Assembly (NCBI RefSeq): GCF_018350175.1
Contig: NC_058378.1
Coordinates: forward strand, 24,180,001-24,244,000
Origin: Felis catus
Lineage: Eukaryota
Length of the DNA: 64,000 bases
Reading direction: 5' to 3'
The translations under genes and the position numbers were made by a program. The notes under the pieces were generated by a model, which worked only from the letters and a program-made list of their open reading frames with translations, made no database searches and was not told the DNA's origin. Below, in pieces: positions 49,699 through 61,261 of the stretch (position 1 is its first letter; each line of letters opens with the position of its first letter).

Positions 49699-51480
49699 AA
49701 AAGTAGCCCATTCTAACAAATAATTCCAATTCCAAGCCATGGAAAGATATTTGGATCTTCTATTTCTTTTGTCCTTAGACAAATTTGGTCTTTTTATTTT
49801 ATAAGAAGCAATTTATGACAAAGAGGTTCCACAATTCTGTAATGACTTTGCTATCCAGACTATAAGTTTCATGCAGAGGTTAACTACGTGGTTAACCTAC
49901 ATCTCATAGAGGTACTCACTACTTCTCAGTTGACAAAATCCTAATGGAATAATTAATTGCACGGAAAAATAAAATTTCTCAGTGTAAGTTTGACTTCTGA
50001 CCATGTCTGATCAAGGCTAATGACACACTATGCTAATAAATATTGTGCAATGGAAAAATGCATCTAATGAAGCTGCAGGTAGCACTTTATCCACTTTAAA
50101 AAGCGTTTGCTTTTATACCTTTCTGTGTTTCGTACATTCCAAAAAGAGCCATTTGACTTAATTGCAAGCAACTGTGAAAATCAAGACGATTTAACATCGG
50201 TTATAAAAATAATCTTTTGGAATGGACTGAGTGATTTAAAGAATATGCAGCTTATTTTCGTTTTTTGTGTATTTGATCACTAAAACAAATTCATTGTAAT
50301 TTACACAGACGAAATTATAACTGAAGAGTTAGCAGGGAATTGAGATTACTAGGGAGTGAAAACACTCTTCTGTGGGCAAAGAATTTTTTCCAGAGTTGTT
50401 TAGCTGAAATGTTGTATATGTAAAGGCCTAATGTATTTTGGCAACTGTAACCCTGAGATTTACATCTTTTGCTATTTCAATTTTAAAAATATTCAAAAAT
50501 GCCTTTTATCTGCCTTTTCAGCCATTTAGTTTCATTCTCTACAATATACCCTAGACATAGTGAACTTGATTGCCTGCAGAATGAATTAATGAACCTTTTA
50601 TGTCAATGCGAGTTTATTAACAACATTCGTGACATTTTCAAATCAATCCTTCTATGTTCTCTAATTATGGCCTCATTGTGGTTATGAACCATCCCAGGGG
50701 AAAAACAAAGGGAGGGGTGGGGGGTGGGGGGATCAACATACTTACAACTGACTTCAGAAAAGAGCATTAATAAGGGGACGTGTATCTAAATTATGTTTTT
50801 TGTTGTTGTTGGTTACATTAAATGCAGAATGCAAATGCCTGTTCTTTAAGTGTTTTGGCTATTGTTCAAAAATGTGAATTATTCTGCCGGAAGGCAAAAA
50901 CACTTTCCTTTGACCTCTATATCCATAGTTAATTTGCTTGTGTTTTTCAGCATGGGGGCATTTCTAAACTTTAAAGTAAATATTATTTACACAGCACATG
51001 CACTAACAATCAACAGCCTTAAAACATCTCAATGACAAAAATTTAAACGATTTTGGATGAAGGTTATTTAATGTTTTAGCCAGTTTTCAGACTATGTAAA
51101 GAAGTCTAAAATGTGTCTAATCATACGTACATATTACACATATACATATATGTAATTTCCTGGTCCTTTACCTCTCCTGATCACTAAACCTTCAAATCCT
51201 GGCATATGTTTCTGGGTGACACTGTCTCCCTCACTGTGCCAGTGATTCCTAACAGGTAAGTCAGGGCACACTGATAGTATTGTTACTCTTCCACAGGAGT
51301 GCTGCCAAATTTTCCTTGTTTCATATAACCTATTTTTGTGTCAACTGAGGATACATATTATGTTCTGTGATAGGTTATATGAAACACTGTCAGATGTTCT
51401 TGCAACGAGATTAAGGTACCGTTTTCCAAAAATAAGGGATAAAAGGAAATAGTTATGTCAAACCAGTGACAGCTTAGACC

Positions 51481-51803
51481 TATACTGTCCAATATGGCAG
51501 CCATTAGTCCCATGTGGCTGTTGAGCACTTGAAATATGGCTAGTCCAAACCGAAATGTGCTGTAAGTAGACAAACGCATCAAATGTTGAAGGCTAAGTGC
51601 AAAAGAAAATTGTGAAATATCCATTAATAATTTTTTATGTCGATTACATATTGGAATGTTAATATTTTGGACACATCACATTAAATACAATACATTGTTA
51701 AAATTAATTTTATATGTTTCTTTTTACCTTTAAAAAATGTAGCTACCATAAAACTTTAAATTCCATATGCAGCTTTCATTATATATCTTTTGGACGGCAC
51801 TGG
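51481..51803. mobile_element. MER33-like hAT-Charlie MITE
   Basis: ctgtccaatatggcagccattagtcccatgtggctgttgagcacttgaaatatggctagtcc...ttggacggcactgg; degenerate TIRs. Confidence 0.85.
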
Positions 51804-51932
51804 TATGGAGTCAGATGTTTATTGGAACATGAAAGAACTGCTTTATTAATATATAAGAAGACATGGTCAGGTCAATAAGGTTTTCCAATAGCTGCCTAGT
51901 GCTAATGGATGCTTGAATAGAAATACCATTCT

Positions 51933-52160
51933 TTTTTTTTTTTTTTAATTTTTTTTTCAACGTTTATTTATTTTTGGGACAGAGAGAGACAGAGCATGAA
52001 CGGGGGAGGGGCAGAGAGAGAGGGAGACACAGAATCGGAAACAGGCTCCAGGCTCTGAGCCATCAGCCCAGAGCCCGATGCGGGGCTCGAACTCACGGAC
52101 CGCGAGATCGTGACCTGGCTGAAGTCGGACGCTTAACCGACTGCGCCACCCAGGCGCCCC
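51933..52160 (-). mobile_element. Young SINEC_Fc with 13-bp TSD
   Basis: TSD gaaataccattct at 51920-51932 and 52161-52173; CpGs intact. Confidence 0.97.
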
Positions 52161-52726
52161 GAAATACCATTCTATTGTAGCCACTGCTGTCTCAATTATT
52201 TAAGACATGTTTAGTCCTGTTCTGAACTTTTAAAGCCCTTCAGTGTGTACCCCCTTACACACATACACAGGAGGCCAAGGACAGGCAATGTGTCCTTCAG
52301 GTGTATGTTAATGTGGAAGTTCCACATGTTCTTTATCTTATCCTCAGGGACAATTTGGTCTGTGACTTTCATAAGTTATCTCTAATTCAGATGCTTGCTA
52401 ACAGAAAGGAGCAGGAAACAAAACAAAACAAAAAAACCCACTTTTCCTGCCATTGATTTCCAACTTGGACCATCAGTTGTGTTTGTTAACTTAGCCATTC
52501 TAGGGGGCGCCTCTGCTCCCTCCTCCCCACCCAGAATCACTCTCCTGTCAAAGGAGATTTGTCTTTGGCTCAGTATTTTATGCTAATCCCTGCTTTGAAA
52601 GGATTGAGTTGGAAGGTAGAAAGATGAGGGCCCCTCACATTCCAAATGTGCATTAACCCTTTGAGGGCCAGTGGCTCTTGTAAGATGTTCTTACCACGCT
52701 CGGTTCTCCAGCCTCTTCTCCCCTCT

Positions 52727-52886
52727 NNNNNNNNNNNNNNNNNNNNNNNNNNNNNNNNNNNNNNNNNNNNNNNNNNNNNNNNNNNNNNNNNNNNNNNNNN
52801 NNNNNNNNNNNNNNNNNNNNNNNNNNNNNNNNNNNNNNNNNNNNNNNNNNNNNNNNNNNNNNNNNNNNNNNNNNNNNNNNNNNNNN
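52727..52886. other. N block 8 (160 nt)
   Basis: Run of N preceded by a pyrimidine tract. Confidence 0.99.
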
Positions 52887-53689
52887 TAATTCCTGAGTTT
52901 GCTTATTTCCTCCTTATCATCCCCAGATGTTTTGCCCCCCTTCCCACCTTATTTTTTCTCATTTTAGTAATTGTGCAAGCCCCAGAAAAACTGCTGGCAG
53001 ATTTTTTCCCTTTAGATCGCCCTGAACAACTCTCACCAAGAATTCTACCTTTGCTCTTTGCCCATCTTTAATGGACTTGGGCCAAAGTCCATGAAGGATT
53101 TGGGGGTTAGGGGAAGATGGTAGGCAGTAATTTCTATCTTTAAGTCAATATGAGTCCTCTTGGAACCATAGTATCTACACACAGGTGGAGCTGTGGAGGA
53201 TGGACATGTGCTTCACAACTTAAAAATTTCTGTTGTCACTTTGTCTATTAAAAACAAAGCAGAGGAAGCATAAAAATATGGTTTTTTTTAAAATAGTAAA
53301 ATTTTGTCATTTCTGCTTGTAAAGAACTAAGGTAAGAGCATATAAACCAGCCATAACATTACAGGACAAGAATCCACAGTAATCCTTATATTGATTATAA
53401 ATGTAGTAATAACAACACATTAAACCTAACATCTTATTGGTTTCCAAGTGTCCTTACCAGCAATCTGGAGCAGGGGAAGCAGCTGGGAGTCCGGGGCCCT
53501 CAGAATAAAATAGTCAAAGCCTGGAGTTTAGGTTGGACAAGGTTCTGGAAAAAGTTGTGTAGATCCAGGCAAACCATTTTTCTTCTATAGACCTCTGGTG
53601 CTTTATTCATACCAGGCTCTGATACTGTGTCATTTTAGATTTCCCAGAAAACTAAATGTGGACAAGGGAACATAAGCATCTATGTTGTA

Positions 53690-53810
53690 GCGGGAAAATT
53701 ACTTTTATGCCTATTTCATAGAAGAAATACACCCAGAGAGGTTGAATTCTTTATCAAAGGTCACACTGCTGGTTGGTGACAGACTGAGAGTCAGAGTTCA
53801 GGTCCTCTGC
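53690..53810 (-). mobile_element. MIR core
   Basis: catagaagaaatacacccagagaggttgaattctttatcaaaggtcacactgctgg...gagttcaggtc. Confidence 0.6.
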
Positions 53811-53947
53811 CGAGATCTAGTGGGAGTCTTGGTGGTGGCTAGACTTCAGGGCAGCTGATCTCCTAGGACGACCTCAGGCAGTGGCCATCTCTGCCTTTCA
53901 AATTCATGCTATGGGTCACAGAAAACTCCATCTCAAATTGTTAGCTG

Positions 53948-54144
53948 TTTTTTTAAGTTTATTTATTTATTTTGAGAAAGAGCACAAGTTGGGGAGGGAC
54001 AGGGAGAGAGAGGGAGATAAAGAGAATCACAAGCAGGCCCCACACTGCCAGCACAGAGCCCAACAAGGGGCTCAAACCCATGAACTACAAGATCATGACC
54101 TGAGCCAAAGTGGATGCTAAACTAACTGAGCCACCCAGTCGCCC
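53948..54144 (-). mobile_element. Can-SINE
   Basis: Full body; degenerate TSD ttgttagct(g/a)tttt. Confidence 0.9.
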
Positions 54145-54444
54145 ACATTTGTTAGCTATTTTGATTGCCCGCTTCTTGTGACCTTCCCCTGTGCCCTGGC
54201 CTATGACATGCTCAGGAAGATAGGACGTGTGTCTGTGAATGAGGAGGTAAAGCCAGATCTCTGAAGGGTGAGGACTGAGACCACCAAACTGACCTGACCT
54301 CCTCCTGGAGAGAATGATGTACTCTGGGCCTCTGGAAGCTGTGCATGCCTCTGTACCCTACAGGCAATTCTGGAAGATGAACAGAGTCTAGGAAAGGGCC
54401 TGTCATTTCCAAATTGAGTTTTCAGAATGTTGAATTAGAAAACA

Positions 54445-54535
54445 GAAAAGAAAGGAAGGGAAGGGAAGGGAAGGGAAGGGAAGGGAAGGGAAGGGAAGGG
54501 AAGGAAAGGAAAGGAAAGGAAAGGAAAGGAAGAAG
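54445..54535. repeat. Compound (GGAAG)n/(GAAAG)n polypurine microsatellite
   Basis: Seen directly; about 90 nt of purines only. Confidence 0.95.
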
Positions 54536-55807
54536 GATGGAAAGAAAAGAAAGTGGAGAATTGGTCTTCTATCTACAGAGATTTAGAACACAAGCCCTCC
54601 CTGTGAGAGAGGAGGGATGGATTTGACCCTTGCTAAGAAAGCAGAATTGAGTGTGGCCCCAACTGATGGTATTATCAGCTTATTCATTTAAAAAGTGTGT
54701 GTTAAATGCCCACTATGGGCAAGGTGCTTGCTAGTGGGAAGTGTTGTTCAGGGAGGCAATCTTTGGGGTATGGGAAGAAATTACAGTTAAGTGGGAGAAA
54801 ACCAGTTAAATACATCTTAGGGCAGGGGAAGTGGAACGATTTACACTTTTAAACACAGGAGTGAGGGTAGTCAAGAACTGAGTCAGACAATGCCCAAAAG
54901 AGATAAAGATCTCGGTCAAGGTGCTGTGCAAGCTCTATCACTGGCTTCCCTGGTAACGACTCCATTTTATGGCAAGAGCAGTGTGGTCAGAAAAGCCACA
55001 TGGCAATTCAGGAAGCAGCGATGTGAGCTGGCCTCTGTGTGGCCTGCTTCTCTACACTGAGGAGGAAGGCCTGGGACAAGTTTTTGAGGGTTTGAGCCAC
55101 ACAGAATGACAGAATGAGGGGAAATATTAAATGGCTGATTAGAGCCTGCCTACTCGAGGGGGTCTCCTTTTACTGACTGGGGTCCCCATCCAATCGCTTA
55201 CAAAGCTCTTTAGTGTCCTTGTGGTGGCCAGCACCCCTCAGTAGAACGAGTGACCATCTGAATGACTCCTCTGGCTCTTCCTGCTCTGCCCCTCCTGTAT
55301 GTGCTGGCTCATGTGCTCACAAGGTGCCAGGACTTAGGATTCACTCTGCCCTCAGGGTGGCTTCCTCCCTGGTGCTCGGTGGGGAGTCAGAGCTTCCTTA
55401 GAACATGCCCACAAGAACCTATTCACTCTCTAATCAGGGAGAGCCTGAGAGCAGTAGCTTGGCTGATGGTTCTGAAACAGATCCCTTCCACATGCGGCCA
55501 AAACACTTTTGAATATCTCTGCAAGCAATCTGAGCCTGCTTTTAGTGGTGTGAGTCTGTAATTGTTGTTTAATTGATGGAATGAGTTGCCACAGAAGGAC
55601 GTATAATGTCCATTCTTGGAGATCTTTGAAAGGAAGATTATTTTTTGTTTGAATGAGTTTCTTTTGCCTACAGATCTCTTTGAATTCTGTTCTATGGCTT
55701 TTGGTCATGCTAAGGGACAATTCCTAATGGATTCCAGTTTTCTCAGGTTTGCTGCTAAGCTCTAATTTTGTTGCAGGAGTAAAAGTTCTGACTCATTGTC
55801 CATGATC

Positions 55808-55990
55808 ATTTATTTATTTACTTATTTGTTTATTAATTTGGGAAAGCATGAGTGAGGCAGGGGCAGAAGGAGACAGGGAGAGACAGAATCTTAAGCAGGC
55901 TTCACGACTCGATCCCATGATGCTGAGATCATGACCTGAGCTAAAATCAAGAGTGAGACACTCAACTGACTGAGCCACCCAGGTGACCCC
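55808..55990 (-). mobile_element. Can-SINE (older)
   Basis: TSD attgt(c/a)catgatc at 55795-55807 and 55991-56003. Confidence 0.9.
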
Positions 55991-56339
55991 ATTGTACATG
56001 ATCTTAATCAAAGAAGAGAAAACAGCCGCAAATGTATTGTTTGAAAGGAGGGAGCCCCGAAAATGTCATCTGCAGAAATCCTGGTGGACCTGCGAGGGAC
56101 AATCTAAGGAGACTGTGGAAACCACAGAATAGGGTAAAATACGGTGGTTCTTTCAAAACCATCAAGAGGGAAAGGAATGAATACATCAGCAATACATGAA
56201 AATGTGTCCTGGTTAGTCATTATACAGTTGACATAAAATATGAACTGTACTTTCCTTCTGCATCTGATTCATGTTTACACTTTAGATTCACTTTTTTTTT
56301 TTTTTTACATTCACTGGACTCTGTGCAATGAGTCACCAC

Positions 56340-56900
56340 TTCAACTGATAGTTCTTGCAGGCAGAATTAAAACTGCATTGATCCATGAGGTGTTTAATTG
56401 ACAGTGAGGCCTTGCCATGTGACACAAAAGTTCTGGAGAATATGCCGGGGTTTACTTTATGATATTTTGAGCCTCCAAATGGAGTTGGAAATGCAAGTGC
56501 TGATGTCAGAGGGGCTTTTGGACTAGAACCAGAGATGCAGAGGGAGGTCATAATTCAAGTCACGGGTGTGGATGCACTCAAGAGAAGCAGGCATAGGAAC
56601 GGGAGGACGGAGCAAGTGGACAAGCTTGCAGGAAGCAGGGAAGCACAAGCAAGAAGTGCCACGTCACAGCCCTCAAGGGAGCCAGGACTTTGAAGGAAGG
56701 CGTGATCCATGGAGTCAAATGCAGCACAGACATTTGGCAAAACAGAGCCGTGGGAAAGCCACCAGATGGTGGTGACTACAACGCCTTAGGTGGCTCCTGA
56801 GATGATGGTCTCGATAGAGTCTTGAAACAGAAACCTGAGGAGATCCGTGGTGAAGGCAGGGAAGGCAGGGGGTGAGAGTCCAAATGCACCTGAACGGTTT
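56340..56900 (-). mobile_element. L2 internal fragment
   Basis: gtcataattcaagtcacgggtgtggatgc...ggagtcaaatgcagcacagacatttggc. Confidence 0.55.
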
Positions 56901-57129
56901 TGCTTTTTAAGAAGGGAGGTCATCTAAATGCATGTGCAGAGGAAGGAGCCTCTGGGAAGAGGAAGCCTCAGAGTCTCTGAGGAGGCAGGTGAGGAGATTA
57001 CTGAGGGAGCTGGAAAGAACTAGATTAATAATGAATGAGGAGAATCTCACCTTGAAAGGAAGTAGCTATGGGTAAAGACAAGGGGACCCCCAAATACATA
57101 CACCTTCTCACTGTATATAATTCAAACAG

Positions 57130-57385
57130 TACCGCAGCATGGTGGCCAAGACCATGGACCTGGGAGTCAGATTGCCGGGGTTCGAATGACAACTTTGACT
57201 CTAACCAGTCTGTGTGACCTTGGACATGTTACTTGATCCTCTGTGGCTCAGTTTCCCCATTTTCAAAATGTGGAAAATAATAGTACCTTCCATATAAGAT
57301 GATATAGATATTTGTATATCTATAGATAGATGGATAGACAGATCGGTAAATATAAAATGCTTAGAATAGCATCTGACAGATAGGT
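57130..57385 (+). mobile_element. MIR
   Basis: agcatggtggccaagaccatggacctgggagtcagattgccggggttcgaatg...tgtgtgaccttggacatgttacttgatcctctgtggctcagtttccccattttcaaaatg. Confidence 0.85.
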
Positions 57386-59189
57386 AAGTACTATATAAAT
57401 TAACATAAAGTGAAGACCAGTCCTGGAAGTTTGAGGGAAGTTTCAGGCACTCAATTGAGTCAATCTCTAACAGAAGATATCTCATGTAAGTTTCCTTCTT
57501 GGAGCCGGTCTGGGTTATGGTTTTTTGTTTTTTGTTTTGTTTCTTGTTTGTTCTGCCCCTAGTTGACCCTTTGTCTAATGTAGGAAGTCAACCCACAGCA
57601 CCTGATGCCCTTGCAGTGATTAAATGTTTGTGGTCCCATTCAGTGGTGAACCCCATCTGAAATCCTGTCAGACATTATCGGATGCTTGCATTCAAGCCTG
57701 GAAAAAAAAATGTGCTTGACAAGCTTGCATGTAAAAAACTCTCTGACTCCTAAGAAAATTGAGTTTTAAAACTGAAAACTCAGAGATTTCAACTCTGAGT
57801 AATATAAAGTATTTGAGTCAGTAAGAATATAGCTTTATTTATAGAAGCAATAAAAGGAATATTCCACACAGGCGTTTTACACACAAGGCATTTCAGACAC
57901 CAAGAGGGGGAAGTGAATTTTTACAGATTATTCACATTGAGTCCAGGATACTTGGTTACCTATTGTCATCTTCAAAAACCAGAATCTTGTGTCCTCTCTT
58001 GAACGCAAATTAAACAGCACAGCTTAATTGGTCCAGGCCGCACTGAATCTGGAGCTCTCCAGTCTGTGCTTTTACCCCGACTCTTATAACTGCTACACTC
58101 ACCACAGACAGAACAGTGGGTGGTAAGTCAGGCAAAAACAAAAAACAAACAGACCCTCCTTTGGGGCATGGCAAATGTAAGGGAAAGATAAATGTTAAAC
58201 AAAGCTGTATTTATCACACAACAATGCCCCCATTAGAGCACCTTGTTTCTGTAGACAAATACTCCTAGCACATTTTTTCCATTGCTGAAGAACCTTCAGT
58301 GGCTCCCGAAGCGCCTGTGGATTCAGGATGACTACATACTGAGGCTGGGCTTCTCTTGCTTACAACTAGCCGTGATGGCGTAGCTGAAATTGTCTAAGAG
58401 CTGATTGGAGTTCAGTATTAATTATGCGGTGGGAGAGAGAGCCTGAAGACTTTATGATGGTGCTGACATGTGCTCGTTTGGGCACTAACCCTCCAAATAT
58501 TTTAGCCTGGCTAAAATATTCAACTCCCTCTATTACGTGGCATCAGCTCAGTACCCCAAGATTATCTCCCACTGTCTACTCAGACAGTCTGGGGTACGCT
58601 GCCATCCCCATTGTCTACTAGACGCATTTGTACTGTAGGACCTCTCTGCCCTTTTTCCTGCTGCTGTCCTGGACAGTAGTGCCCTTGGCACTACTTTTCT
58701 TTATGCTGCTACGTTGATAACTAGTTACCTTTTTTTCTGGCTCTCTGGTTTTATTTAACTCTTAACTACAGTGTCATTGTGTACAATTCAGACCATACAA
58801 TGAACTCTCCCAATCCACGTTTTACTCCCAAATAATTACTGTTACCAGTTTGATGTGTGTCTTTCCATGTATTTTTATACATTTACATGCTTGTGGATAT
58901 ATAGATAACTATAGCTTTGTTTGTTATTTTTAATGTTATGTATTTTATCTTTTAATTGGTTATAAATCCCTTGAGGGGAGGGGTGGGCATTATGGATGTT
59001 TCATCACCCACAGTTTATAATAAACTCTTTCCTAAAAACAGCATTAGAGCAGGATGGGACTGGTACGTGGAGAAGTGGTGGTAAGAGGGTAGGCTCCTTG
59101 GACTTGAATGCTGGCTGTAAAGATTATTGGCATTGAGTTCCAATATTAATGGTAATACTCTCTCAATATTAGGTAACCCATTTTGTACA

Positions 59190-59325
59190 ACAACCATGAG
59201 AAGTAGGTTTCCTCATTTTACTGATGGGAACACAGAGACCTGAAGTGATTACATAATTTTTCCAAGGCTGTATAGCTAATATGTAGCACAGCCAAAATCT
59301 GAACCCAGATCTTGCTGGCTCTAAA
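59190..59325 (-). mobile_element. MIR core
   Basis: cctcattttactgatgggaacacagagacctgaagtgatt...ctgaacccagatct. Confidence 0.65.
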
Positions 59326-59526
59326 GTCCTTATTTTTCCCATTCGATTACACCCCTTGGGAGACTGAAGAGAATGAGCATAACCGAGGTGAGATGGACAC
59401 TGAAGATGCTGAGTTCATTTATCCTTTCAAAGATGTGGTTGCTGGAGGAAAGACAAGTAAATGGAGATTCCTTTCAACTTCCCGGGGGTTCCTGTTGAGG
59501 AAGTAGATGAAAAGAACTTAACTTTT

Positions 59527-59736
59527 GGGGCACCAGGGTGGCTCAGTTTGTTAAGCATTTGACTCTTGATTTCAGTTCAGGTTATGATCTCACAGTTGAG
59601 ATTGGCACTGGGTGTGGAGCCTGCTTGGGATTCTCTCTGCCCCTCCCCTCCCTCCTCTCTCTCTCTAAAACAAAAAACAACAACAACAAAAAAAACAAAA
59701 AACAAAAATAAACCCAAAAAAACAAAAAAAAAACCT
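59527..59736 (+). mobile_element. Can-SINE with long degenerate A/C tail
   Basis: ggggcaccagggtggctcagtttgttaagc...; tail about 59667-59733. Confidence 0.9.
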
Positions 59737-59759
59737 AAAAGAAACCTTATATTTAGGCA

Positions 59760-60720
59760 TCTAGACTTCATGAATCTTGCCACCTTTCTTATAATTTCTG
59801 GCATCTTCCTCTTAACTGTTCTTGACCTCTGAATTTTGCTGCCTTCTTGACTCTTTGATATTGTCTTTAAGGGTTCCTTTCATTTTTTGTCTCCTTTTGG
59901 TTTTTACCGTCTTCTCCTAGAGTTTTGTACCGAAGCAGCAATTCATAAACGAGGAGATTGCAAGCAAAATCAAGTTGATATAAAGTAAACAGGGAGACGT
60001 CTGGGGTAATTTCCCAGAACTGGCATTGTCTGTAGAATTTTCTGTTTTAGGGAGAGTTTGGGATAAACTACCTTTTCCTCTATCTGCTTCTTTCATGTTG
60101 GATTTATCCAGGTTTCATCATCAGCCCTTCATCTTTCATTCAGTACATCTTATATTCCCTTCCTGGACAAGCTCAGTCATGCCCATGGCTGCTGCTAAAA
60201 CTCCTGTAGTATAGGAGTGACCCTCAAAGCTCCAGCTTCTGCACTAATTTTCTTCTGACTTCAGCACCAACTTTGCACCTACATCTGTATTTCTCATGGC
60301 ATCACAATGCCCACATACTTCCTCTTCCTCCCCATGGCCACCTTCTTCATTTCATATTGCCCATCTTGATGACTGTCTCCATCCTTCAAGCTGTCCAGAT
60401 CAGAAACCCAGGAGTCATCCTAATCCCTTACTCACATGCCTGGTCAATCAGTCACAGATCCTTACTGAGTCAACCTTCTAAATAACTCTTGAACCTGTCT
60501 TCTCTATTGCCATTGCCACTCGGTTGGGTCAGGCCACTTAATTCTTGCCAAGACAGTTTATGTCATTAGCCTTCTAACTGTCCCTCTGCCTTAGAGATAG
60601 TCTGGTGCACAAATCTGCTTAAAACCTCTCAAAGGAGCCCCACTTCTTAGAGGACAAAGGGCAGAGCCTTTTTGATATCATCCTTGCTGCTTTTCTTATT
60701 TCCTCCTTTGTATGTGCCTT
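59760..60720 (+). mobile_element. L2 fragments
   Basis: tccttcaagctgtccagatcagaaacccaggagtcatcc...attgccattgccactcgg...ttaaaacctctcaaaggagcccc. Confidence 0.6.
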
Positions 60721-60743
60721 TGTGCTCAAGCTAAAATGAGCAA

Positions 60744-60930
60744 CCTTATTTCACCAAATCTAATGCACCATTGGTTGTAAAACATACCATTATTTTATGT
60801 TCCACTATGAAAGAGGGGAAAAAAACACTGTCAGGTAAATTATAATTTGTCATCAATTGTAAGATATAACCCAACCTCTGAGATATTAAAATGGGAGAAG
60901 TCATGTGGCCTAGAAGCAGTGAAATGCAGT
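60744..60930. mobile_element. Tc1/mariner-type MITE relic (family not assigned)
   Basis: Degenerate TIRs tatttcaccaaatcta / tagaagcagtgaaatgcagta around about 185 bp of AT-rich sequence. Confidence 0.5.
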
Positions 60931-61261
60931 ACTTGGTGTTTCCCTTCTGCTCACTGTGCTCCTGCATAGGTTGTTTCCATTACCCCTGATGTTTTCACTT
61001 CACTAGAACCCCTTGAGCACCAGGCAAACTCCTGCTCATCCTTCAGGAACCTACTTAACAGTCCCCAACCCCCTTCAGGAGGACTTTCCTGGCCTATGTT
61101 GACAGCTCTGAGCTCCCCTCTTGAGCTCTCTCTGCTATGGCAGTTAGCACATGGCCATCACTAGTTGTTCTAGGTCTCCCCACCTTTGGGGAGCAGAAAC
61201 TGTGCTATCATTCATCTTTGTTTCCCTGCTGGGGAAGTTTTAGGAGATGGTAGGTATTTAC

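Noticed and set aside
2885-52886. Periodicity or a shared flanking motif among the N blocks
   Set aside because: Spacing is irregular (about 1.3-16 kb) and the flanks share no motif.
2771-52889. ORFs spanning runs of X
   Set aside because: They are open only because N codons contain no stops.
831-55990. Many 60-100 aa ORFs with phrases such as WVAQSVK, RERGRHRI and SVSPSLS
   Set aside because: They are translations of Can-SINE bodies and not genes.
56758-56772. CCACCAGATGGTGG as a CTCF site
   Set aside because: Mismatch at a key C, and it sits in an L2 relic.
57778-57800. ACTCAGAG-7nt-CTCTGAGT hairpin
   Set aside because: A single 8-bp stem; several are expected by chance in 64 kb.
58300-58320. 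ctcccgaagc resemblance to 7SK RNA
   Set aside because: Only 10 nt match, within L2-like context; the flanks do not match.
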